Part shown: in pieces, positions 46,998 through 60,197 of the stretch
How positions within the stretch are numbered: the first letter of the stretch is position 1
Layout: each line of letters starts with the position of its first letter
Assembly: GCF_902459465.1 (NCBI RefSeq)
Contig: NW_022985734.1
Span: forward strand, 1-64,000
Length of the DNA stretch: 64,000 nt
Reading direction: 5' to 3'
Origin: Asterias rubens
Taxonomy: Eukaryota
Position numbers and translations under genes: made by a program
Notes under the pieces: generated by a model
The model's database searches: none
What the model was told of the DNA's origin: nothing
What the model saw: the letters and a program-made list of their open reading frames with translations, nothing else

Positions 46998-49900
46998 ATG
47001 GAATTATCTATTTTGCTGTGCATAGCTGTAGTTGTTTTTGTGCTGTGTCTATTTGGTCTCTTTTGGTTATCCTTGTCGATTCAACCGCCATTGCTGGAGC
47101 TGAAACAAGCCCATGTTATTGTGAGTAAAAACAAAACAAAAAACGTTCTTTTCAAGACATACATAGTCATACTCATACTGCATAGTTCATGAATCAATTA
47201 TGAATTAATGTTGTACATCGCTATGGATGGATGGTATGACTTTTTTCTATACATTCTATTTTATGAGTACAGCCTCAAAAAGTTCTATACTAGGTAGGAC
47301 CTAATTACTCCTTGAACTATATGAGCTTTGAATAATCTCACGCATAGCTGGCCTCTGCTCTGGTCTGGACTAGGCATCTCTGCTAAGTCTACATTATTTA
47401 TAATTTAAAGATAAAATTAAAATATATCATACATAGATTGGTTTCTTATCTCCTGAAACCAAACATTACTGGTCTGAAATGGGGGAAAACGGATTTTCAT
47501 GAAGTGTGTGTGCTTCAATTCTCAAGGGCCGTGGGGTGTTTTACTTTCATGCCTTATGGTATCTCTGGATTCTAATGAAAGGTGTGAAAACATATGACGT
47601 TGCTCCAATGTCGTGCATGCATAAGCACTGTTAATGGCGGACTGTCGCTCGCAACGTAAAACCAAAAATTGAAAAATTTTAACACACCATGAAGCGTAAG
47701 TTTTTAGTGTTAAAAAATTGGATAGATGATTTGAAAAAAAAACCTTTCAGTTTTTTATTGTGAACAATTTTTCTGTTACCCTACTGAAAACACATGACAC
47801 CAGGATATAAATTAAATATGATCCCTCATGACATTCAGTTCACGATACTGGTTGATTGACCCCCCCCCCCCCCCCCCCCGACATTATGTTTTGGTAACGC
47901 AAATCTTGTTTTCTTCTTTTATCTCGCCAAAATTAGGCTCTATGTGTCCTTTGAACTCTCATTGGCCATGTGGGCGACAGAAAATCAACTCCGCAATCTC
48001 AAAATTTGTTATAACATGCTATATATAGGCCCCCTACAGCCTACTCCTTTTTTCTAAATTTGTCATCAGTTAGTTAGTATGACAAATAATTTTTTTTAAG
48101 ACAGTGGACACTATTGCCATTGGTAACTGTCAAAAACTAGTTCTTACAGTTGGTGTATCTTAACATATGCATTTAAAACAACAAACCTGTGAAAACTTGA
48201 GCTCAATGGGAGACTTTCTGGGACGATAGAGGGCAGCAGACTTACCGGGTAAATCCATTGTTCTCAGAATTATGCGCATGTTCAGAACTACGTAAACAAT
48301 GGAAATTTACCCGGTATGTCTGCTGCCGCCTAGCGTTGGAAAGTCTCCTATTGGTAGTCGAAGTTGCGAGATAATAATCAAAGAAAAAAACACCCTTGTC
48401 ACACGAATTTGTGTGCTTTCAGATGCTTGATTTCGAAACCTCAAGTTCTAAATTTCTGAGGTCTCAAAATCAAATTTGTGAAAAATTACTTCTTTCTCGA
48501 AAAATATGTCACTTTAGAGGGAGCCGTTTCTCACAATGTTTTATGCTATCAACCTCTCCCCATCTCTTGTAATCAACTTCAATTCAAGTAAGGTTTTTGC
48601 TAATAAATATTTTAAGTAATATTACCAATAGTGACAGCCAAACAGTGCCCCAGTAACTGGGTCTGAATTCGTAGGTGTTAGAATATAATGCGATAATTCA
48701 AATATTTGCTTGATATTTTTTTTGATAGATAACTGGTGGATCAAGCGGTATCGGGAAAGCAGTTGCTACCGAGGTGTTAAACCAAGGAGCAAGTGTCACA
48801 CTCCTAGCCAGGAATGAAGTAAGAAAACTTACAGCCTATTTCCCCTGTAAAGTATGGGGAGCTAAGTGCAAGTCAGCTGGTGGCGAAAATACTCAAAACA
48901 AAGCCCAAACTCAATGCTCAATTCTGCTAATTGTCACGTTTTACTAAAATAAGCTTGTAAATTTGGATGTTTTCTTTTCTATTGTACTTAAGATTATTCT
49001 ATTGTAATTTTTACTGGAATTTTAACATAATGCGCCTTCAAACAGAATGCGCCTTCAAATGCGCCTTCAAAACAGTCCTGGAGAGAGAGCCCAACATATA
49101 TCTGTATCTGTAACTATATTGTTGAGCCGGCAAAAAAATGTCTAAAGACACACATCACACCAGCTTTGCGCATTATGTAGATGGGATGGCTTAATTTTTG
49201 AAGTGCTTAGCGAGAGTGTCTTTGAAGATATCTAATGAGTTGCTGGAAATCACACTACCGGGTAAGGCGTTCCAGTCCTTGATGGTGGCCGGAAAAAAAC
49301 TGTTGCCGTAGATTTTGGTTGAGTGACGAAGTTGATGAAATTGGAGATTGTGTTTTCTGGAGGGTCGAGTGGAATGTTGAGCAAAGTCTTGAAGAGGGAT
49401 TTCAACTAAGTTATTAACAGATTATTGTTATTATTATTCACACATTTCAGAGTACACATTTTGTAAACAAATTTTTGTAAACAGTTACAAAAGACCTCTT
49501 TCAGTTATAACAAAAATCATGTGACTTCTTGTTTGTTTTACAGGCAAGGTTACAGCAAGCACAGCAAGAACTACAGCAGTATATCACTGATAAGACCAAT
49601 CAGGTACAAAAACTATTAAGTTAAGTTTTCATGCACATTGAGGTCCAAACATGGGGGGACCTGGTGTTCACTGTTTGGTCATGACCTGGGCCCAGTTTCA
49701 TGGCTCTGCTCACCGTAAGTAAAGAATAGGCACTTACGGAAGCAGGGAATTCCATGCCTACCCCAAGCATAATTTCACAGGTAAGCAGGGAATTTTGGCT
49801 TGTGCACGTGTGTACTCCACGTTACTAAGCATTCTATGCTCACTCAGCTAGCGTAGAAATTTGGCGCTTGCACGTAAACAGAGAATGGTGATCATAAGCG

Positions 49901-52900
49901 CGATGGTGGGGAAGCAGAACCATGAAATTGGGCCTAGGTTGGTGGTTGATCGCTGTTAATGGACAGCATCGAAGGAGAGGACCACTAGTACCTCTAACAA
50001 AAAAATATGTACGAATTATCAGAACTTTTTTCTTGCAACCTTGAAGACCTTTTGAGCCCAATTATTCACAGAATTGTTATTTTTTGCATGGGACACATCA
50101 AGTGAGAATACTGGTGTTTGACAATTACCAAACGTGTCCAGTGCATCCCAGATATTTGTTTACCCTCCTTAAAGGCAGTGGACACTCTTGGTAATTACTC
50201 AAAATAATTATTAGCATGAAACCTCACTTGGTAACGATAAAACATTGTGAGAAACGGCTCCCTCTGAAGTGCCATAGTTTTCGAGAAAGAAGACATTTTC
50301 AACGAATTTGATTTCGAGACCTCAAGTTTAGAACTTGAGGTCTCGAAATCAAGCATCTTAATGCACACAACTTCGTGTGACAAGGGTGTTTTTTTCTTTC
50401 ATAGTTATCTCGTAACTCCGACGACCAATCGAGCTAAATTTTCACAGGTTTGTTATTTTATGCATACGTTGAGATACAGCAAGTGAGAAGACTGGTCTTT
50501 GACAATTACCAATAGTGTCTACTGGCTTTAAATTCAATGCAAATGTTAAAAATTTTGGTTTTATTTCAGAGAATTCTTTGCATTCCAGTCGATGTCTGTC
50601 GTGACTATTCAGCAGTTGAAGCTGCCATTAAAAAGGTACGTGTAACTATAACAACAAACCAACAAGACTATGGAAAGTCTAATAAAATAAAATAAAACAT
50701 AAAAATAACAGATGTATGTCTTTCTGTATAATAGACTGCAAGTCTTGGGCAAGTTTAAACTTTCGGGATTGGTCCCATCCATATTGTGAATTCAGTCCTT
50801 TTTTTATTGATGGAAGAATTGCTGTTAAATCTTGTCACTTTCAAAGCTCTTCGTGGCCTACAAAGTATCTCTTGTCTGTATATCTGATCTCTTACATTAA
50901 ACACATTCCTGTTCATCCTCTTCGCTCTGCTGGACAATCCATACTGACTCAAACTAATTTTTTTCCACTTTTTCCACTTCTGCACTTTTGTTTTGGAACG
51001 AATTACCTATTTATGTATCATTCGTCAAGCTGACTCTCTTCAGATTTTCAAGGGACTTTTAAAGACTCATTTGTCTCAATCATTGTTTTGAAACAATTGC
51101 TTTCAGTATATATTTATTTGTTTATGTTCATTGATTTTTTGTTTTTTTTCTGTTGCCCATCATAAGAGGCTCCTGCATTGTACTTCATATAAATGTATTG
51201 TATTATTATTATTACTATTATTATTATTATTACTGACATAGTCAAGTACATGTACTTGCATTCTTGAGATCAAGACGTCGTCTGATATTCAGATTTCATC
51301 TTTACTCTTTCATCGTATGGGGTGTTGTGGCCGAGCGGTTAAGAGCTCCGAATTCAAGCTCTGCTGATTCTGTTCAGCAGAGTGTGAGTTCGAATCCCGG
51401 TCGTGACACTTGTGTCCTTGAGCAAGACACTTTAAAACTATGTTTGCTTCTCTTCACCCAGGGGTAAATGGGTACCTGTGAGGGCAGAGATGGTTCTTGT
51501 GATTGATTTAGCCGAGTAGCGCATTTGTTGCTTGAGGCTGTATACTCCCCAGGGAGCTGAGATGGTTTAAGGAGTGAATCAAGGCCAAGTGACCAGGGGT
51601 AATATCTTGAAGCGCTTTGAGACACCCATAGGGAGTTAAAAAAAACGCTATATAAAACTCAATATTATTGTTATTATGTAGGCCATAGATGTGCTTGGAC
51701 CATGTGATATCCTCGTTAACTCAGCAGGAATGTCCAGAGCCTTATCCTTTGAGGACACACCCATTGAAGACTTCAAGGTAGAACTTAAAAGCTATTATTA
51801 GAATGGTAATTGTTTAAAGGCAGTGGACACTATTGGTAATTACTCAAACTAATTGTTAGCATAAGAAGTTGCATGGTAACAAGCAATGTACAGCTGTTGT
51901 TAGTATAAAACTTTTTGAGAAACGACTCCCTCAGAAGTAACGTAGTTTTCAAGGTAGAAGTAATTTTCCACTAGAATATATGAATTTGATTTTGAGACAT
52001 CAAAACCAAGCATCTTAAAGCACATAACTTCGTGTGACAAGGGTTTTTGCTTCTTCCATTATTCTTCGCAACTTCGACGACCAACTGAGTTCAATTTTTC
52101 ACAGGTTTATTTTTTTGATATGTTGAGATACACCGATTGAGAAGACTGGTCGTTGACAATTACCAATAGTGTCCAGTGTCACTAAGTCGGACTTTGCTTG
52201 AAGGAATTTTTCCTTCATCTAGGATCAGCCCTACCTTATTATTCAGTGGAACTTCTTTGAAACTGATTTTCACTACACCTTTCCCCTTTTTCTTTTCAGA
52301 AAGTGATGGACGCGAACTACATTGGCTCAGTTTACCCAACGAGGGCGGTATTACCATACATGAAGAAGCGTAGGGGTGGTAGGATAGTGTATGTGGCCTC
52401 CCAAGCAGCTCAGCTTGGTGTGTACGGATACACGGCGTATGCTAGCAGCAAGTTTGCTCTCCGTGGACTGGCAGAGACGCTACAGATGGAGGTAAGCAAG
52501 CAATGTTCAGCTGGGGATCGGACGTCCTAAGCAGCGCTGTAGCCACGGTGGGCCACAGTTGGCGGGCCCGCCCAGCACTGACAATTTTTTCGCCCGGCAC
52601 TCGGGCTGTAAAGCAGACTAACGCCCACCTCAAAATTTACCCAGAAATTAATACAAAATTAAAAATACTGCCGATATTGATCACGTTTTTCTATGTTTTG
52701 TAATTTTAAATGCAATGTGTAATTCTTCTGAGCAGGAAATTTGGGAGAAAAAAGTATGAACGTATTCACATGATACTTGTTTCTTGTGTTTTCTTCGTGA
52801 AGTAGTCCGGCTGAATACCCATTGCTTTTTTGTCTGTATGGTCGTGACACATTCTGTGTGCGCTGCTCGACATTTCTGGACTTTGCCAACTTTCAAATGA

Positions 52901-55084
52901 GAATGCCCACCACTAAAATTGTTCTGGCTACAACACTGATTCTAAGGCCAAAGCCAAAGCTGTCAATTCGGATGTCAATTATCAAAAAATTGTACTTTTT
53001 TGTTTCTCTGTTTAGGTCAAACCATACGGTATTTATATTACCATAAGTTTCCCACCTGACGTTGAAACACCAATGCTTGCTGAAGATAAAATAAATATGG
53101 TGAGTTTTAAAAGCATTATTTCCCCTTTTTCTCCTGCATTTGTATGTAATTTGTGCGATTATCTCTTCGAGGCTTGATTTTATTGTAATTCAGGCCTAGC
53201 AACATCATGTGTGTATCTGTATAGTGTAAAACTCTATAGCATTTGCAAACCAGTTGTGTCTGTGCGCATTCGTGAATGTTATTAGCGCAAGCCCTGGGTG
53301 TTCATGTGGTTTTGTTTGCTTTGGTTTTACTTACAGCCAAAAGAGACTGTTCTTATATCGGAGTCGTCTGGTCTTCATCAACCGGACGAAATCGCTCAAA
53401 TTATTGTCAAAGACGCAAAGGTAAAGAAAACATTTCAAGTATTGCAGACACACTAATGAGTTTTTCTTGTTTATTCGTAATGGTTTAATAGATGTTAAAT
53501 ATCACATGCATGTTACTAGGTTGGGATTCGAACCCACGACCCTCGCAATTCTAGAGCAGTGTCTTACCAACTAGACTACCGAGATTGCCCGGTAGGTAGA
53601 GGCAGTTCGAATTCTATGTTTTGGCAGCGGGTACCGCAACGATATAATAGATGTTTTGTCTAGTTAATCCATAATGGTTTTTCCAACAGTCGACTTATTT
53701 AGCTTGATGGCATCACATATTGAGTATTAATTCTTAGAGCGTCCTCAGGCTCAAATTGCATGCAGCACTCAATGGTCGTGCGTATGTGCCAATGCTAACG
53801 CTAATAGATTTGACTTTGCATTCCATATCAGTTTGAATCGATCGCATCGCATGATCAATAAGCGGAAGCTAGTGCAACAGTTTGTGTATGATTCGATTCT
53901 GTTGCATTATGTATTTTATGCTCTTAGTCCTATATAATTGGATATTCTCATTTCGGTTTTGGTTGCATTCTCCCCTAACGCTTTGTGTTCTTCAAATAAG
54001 GCGCTTTTTATGTACGGTTAATATTATTTTTATTATGACTTATGACATGTATATAATTTTAAGGATTCAACATGATTATTTTGTCATTAGCGTGGGAGGT
54101 TTGAGAGTTTCGTTGGATTAGACTAAACGTTGACCTATTTATCAAATTCTCTCACTATTACTTACAGTCCGATGATATAATTTTGATGACTTAACGTTAC
54201 TATTTTTCATTAGCGTGGGAGGTTCCACAGTTTCGTTGGCTTTGATGGTTTTTTCTTGGCCGTCGTTTCCTGTGGTATGTCACCCGTCACTTCACTTCTA
54301 GAGGTGTTTCTGCAGGTAAGTCTGACTCTTAAAGGAACGCGATGCCTTGGATCAGTCGAGTTGGTCATTTGAAATCATTTGTTATGAAATGCAAGTGTTT
54401 CTTCGCGACGTAAAAGGAAAACCGAGCAACCGAGGCCTGGTTCTTAGATAATTTACCTGAAACTTCGTCTCGGTAAAATTATCAAGAACCAGGCCTCGTT
54501 GGGATTAAACCACTAGTTGAAAACCTCTTCACCACACATTGATTCCCTTATTTATGGTCCAAGGAAATTTCGGCGTTAAGAAAAAAATGAGCTGGTTGAT
54601 TTTTTTTCTTTCCAAGTTGCCCGCTTTTTTTTGTGGGAAATGCATATCCCTCAAGGGGTAGATTTTTTGTTTGGTCTTTTTTGTGGTTTTAGAACCAAAT
54701 GGTCAGCCACTTTGAAAGTGACCGTCTGTTACTGTTGGCTTTCCCTGCCAGGGTTATTTGTTTTGCTTCTAATCGTTTTTGTGTACCACACTCACTGGAG
54801 GTTGTTTCCTACATGTGTCTGCCCGCCAAGCCGTGTTCCTCAGTACTTTGCTGAGGGATTGTTTTATTGTTGGATTCTCTTAAAAACTATCGTTTTGTTT
54901 GTCCTTATTTGCAGCTGTTCAATTTTGTTTATTTATTGTATTTCTTTTGTTTCTCCTCTCAACTTTTTTTTGCTAGGTTTTCCTGATGAGCATTTTGAAG
55001 TTGATCTCGTTTTTCTTTGTGGCAAATTTCAACGGGATCGTCATGAGATGCTTCAAGGAAAGAGAAAGCCAAAAACAGAAATGA
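46998..55084 (+). CDS. KDSR: 3-ketodihydrosphingosine reductase, 334 aa; exons 46998-47120, 48729-48818, 49544-49603, 50570-50635, 51682-51777, 52300-52491, 53016-53099, 53337-53420, 54214-54315, 54977-55084
   Basis: N-terminal TM helix; TGGSSGIG Rossmann motif; LVNSAG; YASSK (YxxxK); PPDVETP; C-terminal hydrophobic segments. Ten phase-0 exons, no frameshifts. Confidence 0.95.
48208..48349. mobile_element. Small MITE nested in a TTAA-family MITE (KDSR intron 1)
   Basis: GGAGACTTTC..GATAGAGGGCAGCAGACTTACCGGGTAAAT ... ATTTACCCGGTATGTCTGCTGCCGCCTAGCG..GAAAGTCTCC. Confidence 0.75.
49030..49410 (-). mobile_element. 3' end of a CR1/L2-group LINE (ORF2 C-terminus, 3' UTR, tandem-repeat tail)
   Basis: [49 protein letters not shown], then three (TTTGAAGGCGCAT) repeats. 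Confidence 0.75.
49690..49933. mobile_element. MITE, Harbinger-like TIRs
   Basis: GGCCCAGTTTCATGG ... CCATGAAATTGGGCC. Confidence 0.65.
51319..51675 (+). mobile_element. Full-length tRNA-derived SINE (central conserved-type domain, LINE-like 3' tail)
   Basis: A-box TGGCCGAGCGG, B-box GAGTTCGAATCCC, core CACCCAGGGGTAAATGGGTACC, tail AAGCGCTTTGAG..CGCTATATAAAA. Confidence 0.8.
53516..53592 (-). mobile_element. tRNA-like SINE head
   Basis: GTAGTCTAGTTGGTAAGAC..GGGTTCGAATCCC. Similar degenerate heads at 35601-35667 (-) and 55593-55663 (+). Confidence 0.6.
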
Positions 55085-57336
55085 TGAATTTTGTTTTTAA
55101 ATCATCAACTAATTTCCCTTCAAGTACTGGTGTATATTTTTCGATCAAGTAAATTTGTATTTTTTTATAAATATTGCGTGTACATTTTGTTACTGGGAGA
55201 CTTTTCCTTAACCCCTTCATAATGCACTAACTTGGTAAGGAGCAATGGAGAGCAAGAACACGCATGGCTCTCCAATGCCTTTCTGCACAACTCTGCCGCG
55301 CGCGCCCTGCATACGCGCACCCATGTCTGACCTTAATGTCGGACCTTCGTTGCGTTGTGATTGGTCAATACGCATTGGGGCGGAGCTTAATGGATCTGTC
55401 TATTGAATGAAAGTTTTCACAGATCTGTTATTTGATGCATTAGGTGTTGGGATACACCAAGTATGAATACTTGTCGTTGACAATTACCAAATGTGTCCAG
55501 TGCCTTTAAACCTCCCTCGGGTCACCCTTGTGATAACACAATAAACCAACTCCCCCACTATTCTGGAGGTAGTGTCCTAGAGCTACTCAAAAGGTAATCG
55601 TGGTTCAGTGGTTAGACGGCACGGCTAGCAATCAGAAGGTTGGGGGTCCAAATCCTACCAAGCTAATCGCTGATTTCACAATGAGTTCAATAAGTATTGT
55701 CGTCTTAATAATGAATCACTATTTCTTCATTTGTGCAACTTGTAATCATCATAGACGTTGAACCAATGTTTGTATGAGAGAGTTTGGCTGTCGCCAGCTT
55801 GATGTTTTTTTTTCAATCAGAGTTTGAGTTCCCTTGATGGGAAGATCATCTAAACAAAGCCAAACATTTTTCTACTAAGCAGGAAACCAGTCACATTTTC
55901 TACTTGTAAAAATGTGTTTTAGCTGGTGACCTAATTCTGGTAAGCATCGTTTTGTTAGGCTTGGGCAAAGCTGTCTTGACTTAAATAGTCGAAACATTGA
56001 TAGTGAAGTTCATAACGATCAACTATACGCTATTTTCTACCTTCCGCCCGGGTCGTTGTTGAAAAGCATGACAGTTCTTTTCAAAACTGAGAAGTCTCCT
56101 GATCAATCTGAAAATCTACTCTGTGGTAGTAGAATATGTAGTAAGACGGTTCTCTAAAGGACAAACTTTACCTGGCAAGTAAACACACACATGGTGTTAC
56201 CGCAAACCAAATATGATTCCTTACCATGCAATGCCTCAAATCCAATATGCTGTCTTGACTAGACCACTTTTTGTGCAAATGGTGGAACAAACAATGTGTC
56301 TTATTATTGTAATCTTCTACGAAGACAAACGGGTAATTTCTTGGACTTCATTTTCTTCTGTGTTGTATCAACACATCAAACTCCCACCCGAGTGATTTTG
56401 CCTGCAGATGTTTTTCGCAGAAATCTGGAAAGTACTGAGTAATCTGGTGCTTAATAGACATCAGTGTAAGGGTAACGACAAATTATGTATCAAATAATAA
56501 ATGGAAATTGTTGTAAACCAAACAACTTGTGAACGAGTGTTAAAATTTATTTGCATAATATATACACATGACAATGTACAATAGAATTTACATGTACTGT
56601 ATCTGTTTTAAAAACACAACTCTGAAAATAATCTTCACTCTGTTGTCTCTGGTCATCGGACTTGTCCCCCCCCCCCCCCACTTTCTCATTGACCTCAAGA
56701 TTTTTCAATACAAATGTCTTGCAAAATGAAAAAGGCCTTGCCCTACCATTGTCAATGTTTTAAAACGCCTTACAGATGCTATGTCAGATTTTTGGCCGAT
56801 TTGACCCAAAAATTTTGATTTAAAATTCAATTGGTATTTTGATGGGGGTCGAGAAAGTTACAAGCTTTCATTTGAGCCATTTCTCAAAAAAGTCCGCCAA
56901 GTATTAGTAGCGTAGCAGTGAAATAAATTGCTCAAAATTAGTTTTTGTCGGGATCCCGACAATATACCCGACAATATATCACGTGACCAATTCTTATGTG
57001 TTTTATAAGAAACGCTTTAAATTTTTGTCTTGGTTCTTGACCATTAAAAGTAAAAGTTAAACTTTTTTTCATTAAAGCGGCTGACATGGCATCTTTAATG
57101 AAGTTCAAAAGCCTTAGTGCTAATAAACCCTCCAGCTCTTGCTAATTTTTTGATCAAGTTGACCAACCATTTGAAACCTTAAGCTTGAAACCATTCCACT
57201 GCATGAGGTGCTTATGATTGATGGCACATCTGTGTGGATGAGTAACTGTACACTTATGTAGTGTGTGCATGCACTCGCCATATCATTGCAGACTGGCATC
57301 ATATTATTGTCATTTAAAACCATAGTAGATTAGATT

Positions 57337-57790
57337 GACTGGTCTGACAGTAGGAGGGTTGACTGTGTACTGTGAAGATGCATTCACCACATGACATCAT
57401 ATTGCCAGCTGGCAAAGTGCATCTATCATTCAAACCCCACGGGCAATATTAAAGAGTCAGACAGTAGGAGGTTGACTGTCGAGTGTACCCATTCACCACA
57501 TAATATTATTGCAGTATGGCATAGCCCATCTATCATTCACAACCACAATGGATTATGACTGGTCAAACAGTAGGAGGGTTGACCCTGTAGCAACATTCAC
57601 CACATGATATCATATTGCAGGTCAACATAGTGCATATATTATCATTCATAACCACAGTGCATGATATTGAATGGTCAGACAGTCGGAGGGTTGACTGTGT
57701 GCTGTGTAGTTACATTCAAACTATACATCATATTGCAGGCTGGCATAATCTCTATCATTCAAACCACAGTGGATGATATTAAATCAATGC
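57337..57790. repeat. ~110-bp degenerate tandem repeat (about 4 units); mirrored at about 60640-61100
   Basis: GACAGTAGGAGGGTTGACTG..CATTCACCACAT..ATCATTCA recurs. Confidence 0.8.
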
Positions 57791-57989
57791 ACTATTCTCG
57801 AGTGGCTGGTTGAACATACACTATTGTCAGTTTTGATAAACATACAAAAGGGTGGATCATGGAGAACTATTTATGGTGACTTTGATCAAATCAATAAACT
57901 TTAAAGTAATGGTATGCCACTGTACCGTACCCTCCAACTTCTATAAATAATAGGTGCAATATTGAAATAATCCAACCACGAAGGCGACT

Positions 57990-58232
57990 TCATTCGGCGG
58001 GCAACGCAACTCGTTCACTCTTGTGATGACTATTCCTGTCCAACTCTGCAGGGTCAAGGGTCGGTGGCGCTGGGGCATTGCTGAGGGCTTCTTGCGTCTC
58101 TTTGGCAGTCAGTGGTACCGGCGGGATAGCGGTAACCTCAGCTGGTGGTTGTTTGGTGGTCGTTTTCTTGTTCCACACGAGGCTCTCGCCGACCTGTAAA
58201 GCGGGTCCAAGCTTGCTGGCGATTTCAATTAT
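57990..58232 (-). CDS. Terminal coding exon of an unidentified gene convergent with KDSR
   Basis: TTTCTATAG acceptor, then 80 open codons IIEIASKLGPALQVGESLVWNKKTTTKQPPAEV..ERVALPAE*. GC-rich relative to the flanks. Confidence 0.55.
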   Translation of the reverse strand: MIEIASKLGPALQVGESLVWNKKTTTKQPPAEVTAIPPVPLTAKETQEALSNAPAPPTLDPAELDRNSHHKSERVALPAE

Positions 58233-58333
58233 CTATAGAAACAGAAAGCCTGACATGAATAACTTAATAAAGACCAAAAGGGGAAACTGACTGGGTAAAT
58301 TTTTAAATGATTTGTAGTTGAACAAAGAACAAT

Positions 58334-58406
58334 TTACTAGAGTTGGACTCAAACCAACGATCTCCGGATTAACGCGCCAGGGCTCTACCAACTGAGCTAT
58401 CTAGCC
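58334..58406 (-). tRNA. tRNA-Asn(GTT)-like sequence, probably a pseudo-tRNA or SINE head
   Basis: Cloverleaf can be drawn, but the T-loop is TTTGAGT (C56>T) and there are mismatches at 1:72 and in the anticodon stem. Confidence 0.4.
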
Positions 58407-58965
58407 CTATATTGGCGGTCTCATTCTCTTTTGAAACACTGTCTCTTGATTTCACTTTGTTCATTATGTATGTTTTGACGATTTGATGTATGATTTTATT
58501 AAATGGCGCCAATAAACCATTATCTCCGTATTTTGTAAAAATCTTTGTTTGGGGGTGCCAATCAGAAGCCACACAACTGTTAACTGAGTTTTCAGTCCCT
58601 TCTTGACTGTGTGGGTTTTCCCTAGAACAATGATCTGCATTTTTCCTCCCACATCTAAAAAAAACAACCTGAAATTTCATTGTCTTCTCTCTTCTCGTTT
58701 TGCTCTAATACGAGCATGGTTGTAAAGATGCTGTGCAGATCAGAAAGACTCTGTGAAATACTGGACTCAACTCAAGCGTGTGCTTTGTTTTAAAGAGTCT
58801 ATGTAACTTTTGTAGGACAAAAAACACAATGTCCACAGATTTACACTAAACTTACACAGTTTGAAGATAATGATAGTAGAAAGCTTCCCTGAAAATTTTA
58901 CGTGCTGAGGTGCTGTAGTTTTTGTGAAATGAGTAAAACAATGTCATGAAAATAATTTTCGTCTC

Positions 58966-59465
58966 NNNNNNNNNNNNNNNNNNNNNNNNNNNNNNNNNNN
59001 NNNNNNNNNNNNNNNNNNNNNNNNNNNNNNNNNNNNNNNNNNNNNNNNNNNNNNNNNNNNNNNNNNNNNNNNNNNNNNNNNNNNNNNNNNNNNNNNNNNN
59101 NNNNNNNNNNNNNNNNNNNNNNNNNNNNNNNNNNNNNNNNNNNNNNNNNNNNNNNNNNNNNNNNNNNNNNNNNNNNNNNNNNNNNNNNNNNNNNNNNNNN
59201 NNNNNNNNNNNNNNNNNNNNNNNNNNNNNNNNNNNNNNNNNNNNNNNNNNNNNNNNNNNNNNNNNNNNNNNNNNNNNNNNNNNNNNNNNNNNNNNNNNNN
59301 NNNNNNNNNNNNNNNNNNNNNNNNNNNNNNNNNNNNNNNNNNNNNNNNNNNNNNNNNNNNNNNNNNNNNNNNNNNNNNNNNNNNNNNNNNNNNNNNNNNN
59401 NNNNNNNNNNNNNNNNNNNNNNNNNNNNNNNNNNNNNNNNNNNNNNNNNNNNNNNNNNNNNNNNN
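58966..59465. other. Assembly gap (500 N)
   Basis: N run. Confidence 1.
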
Positions 59466-60023
59466 GAGACGAAAATTATTTTCATGACATTGTTTTACTC
59501 ATTTCACAAAAACTACAGCACCTCAGCACGTAAAATTTTCAGGGAAGCTTTCTACTATCATTATCTTCAAACTGTGTAAGTTTAGTGTAAATCTGTGGAC
59601 ATTGTGTTTTTTGTCCTACAAAAGTTACATAGACTCTTTAAAACAAAGCACACGCTTGAGTTGAGTCCAGTATTTCACAGAGTCTTTCTGATCTGCACAG
59701 CATCTTTACAACCATGCTCGTATTAGAGCAAACGAGAAGAGAGAAGACAATGAAATTTCAGGTTGTTTTTTTTAGATGTGGGAGGAAAAATGCAGATCAT
59801 TGTTCTAGGGAAAACCCACACAGTCAAGAAGGGACTGAAAACTCAGTTAACAGTTGTGTGGCTTCTGATTGGCACCCCCAAACAAAGATTTTTACAAAAT
59901 ACGGAGATAATGGTTTATTGGCGCCAATTAATAAAATCATACATCAAATCGTCAAAACATACATAATGAACAAAGTGAAATCAAGAGACAGTGTTTCAAA
60001 AGAGAATGAGACCGCCAATATAG

Positions 60024-60096
60024 GGCTAGATAGCTCAGTTGGTAGAGCCCTGGCGCGTTAATCCGGAGATCGTTGGTTTGAGTCCAACTCTAGTAA
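60024..60096 (+). tRNA. Mirror copy of the tRNA-Asn(GTT)-like sequence
   Basis: GGCTAGATAGCTCAGTTGGTAGAGCCCTGGCGCGTTAATCCGGAGATCGTTGGTTTGAGTCCAACTCTAGTAA. Confidence 0.4.
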
Positions 60097-60197
60097 ATTG
60101 TTCTTTGTTCAACTACAAATCATTTAAAAATTTACCCAGTCAGTTTCCCCTTTTGGTCTTTATTAAGTTATTCATGTCAGGCTTTCTGTTTCTATAG

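Larger units (their letters stand above)
54417..58965 (+). repeat. Left arm of a >4.5-kb inverted duplication centred on the N gap
   Basis: Reverse complement of 59466-64000, with scattered substitutions and small indels. Confidence 0.95.

Noticed and set aside
54631-55152. 173-aa hydrophobic ORF as a membrane protein
   Set aside because: T-rich intron plus KDSR exon 10 read in another frame.
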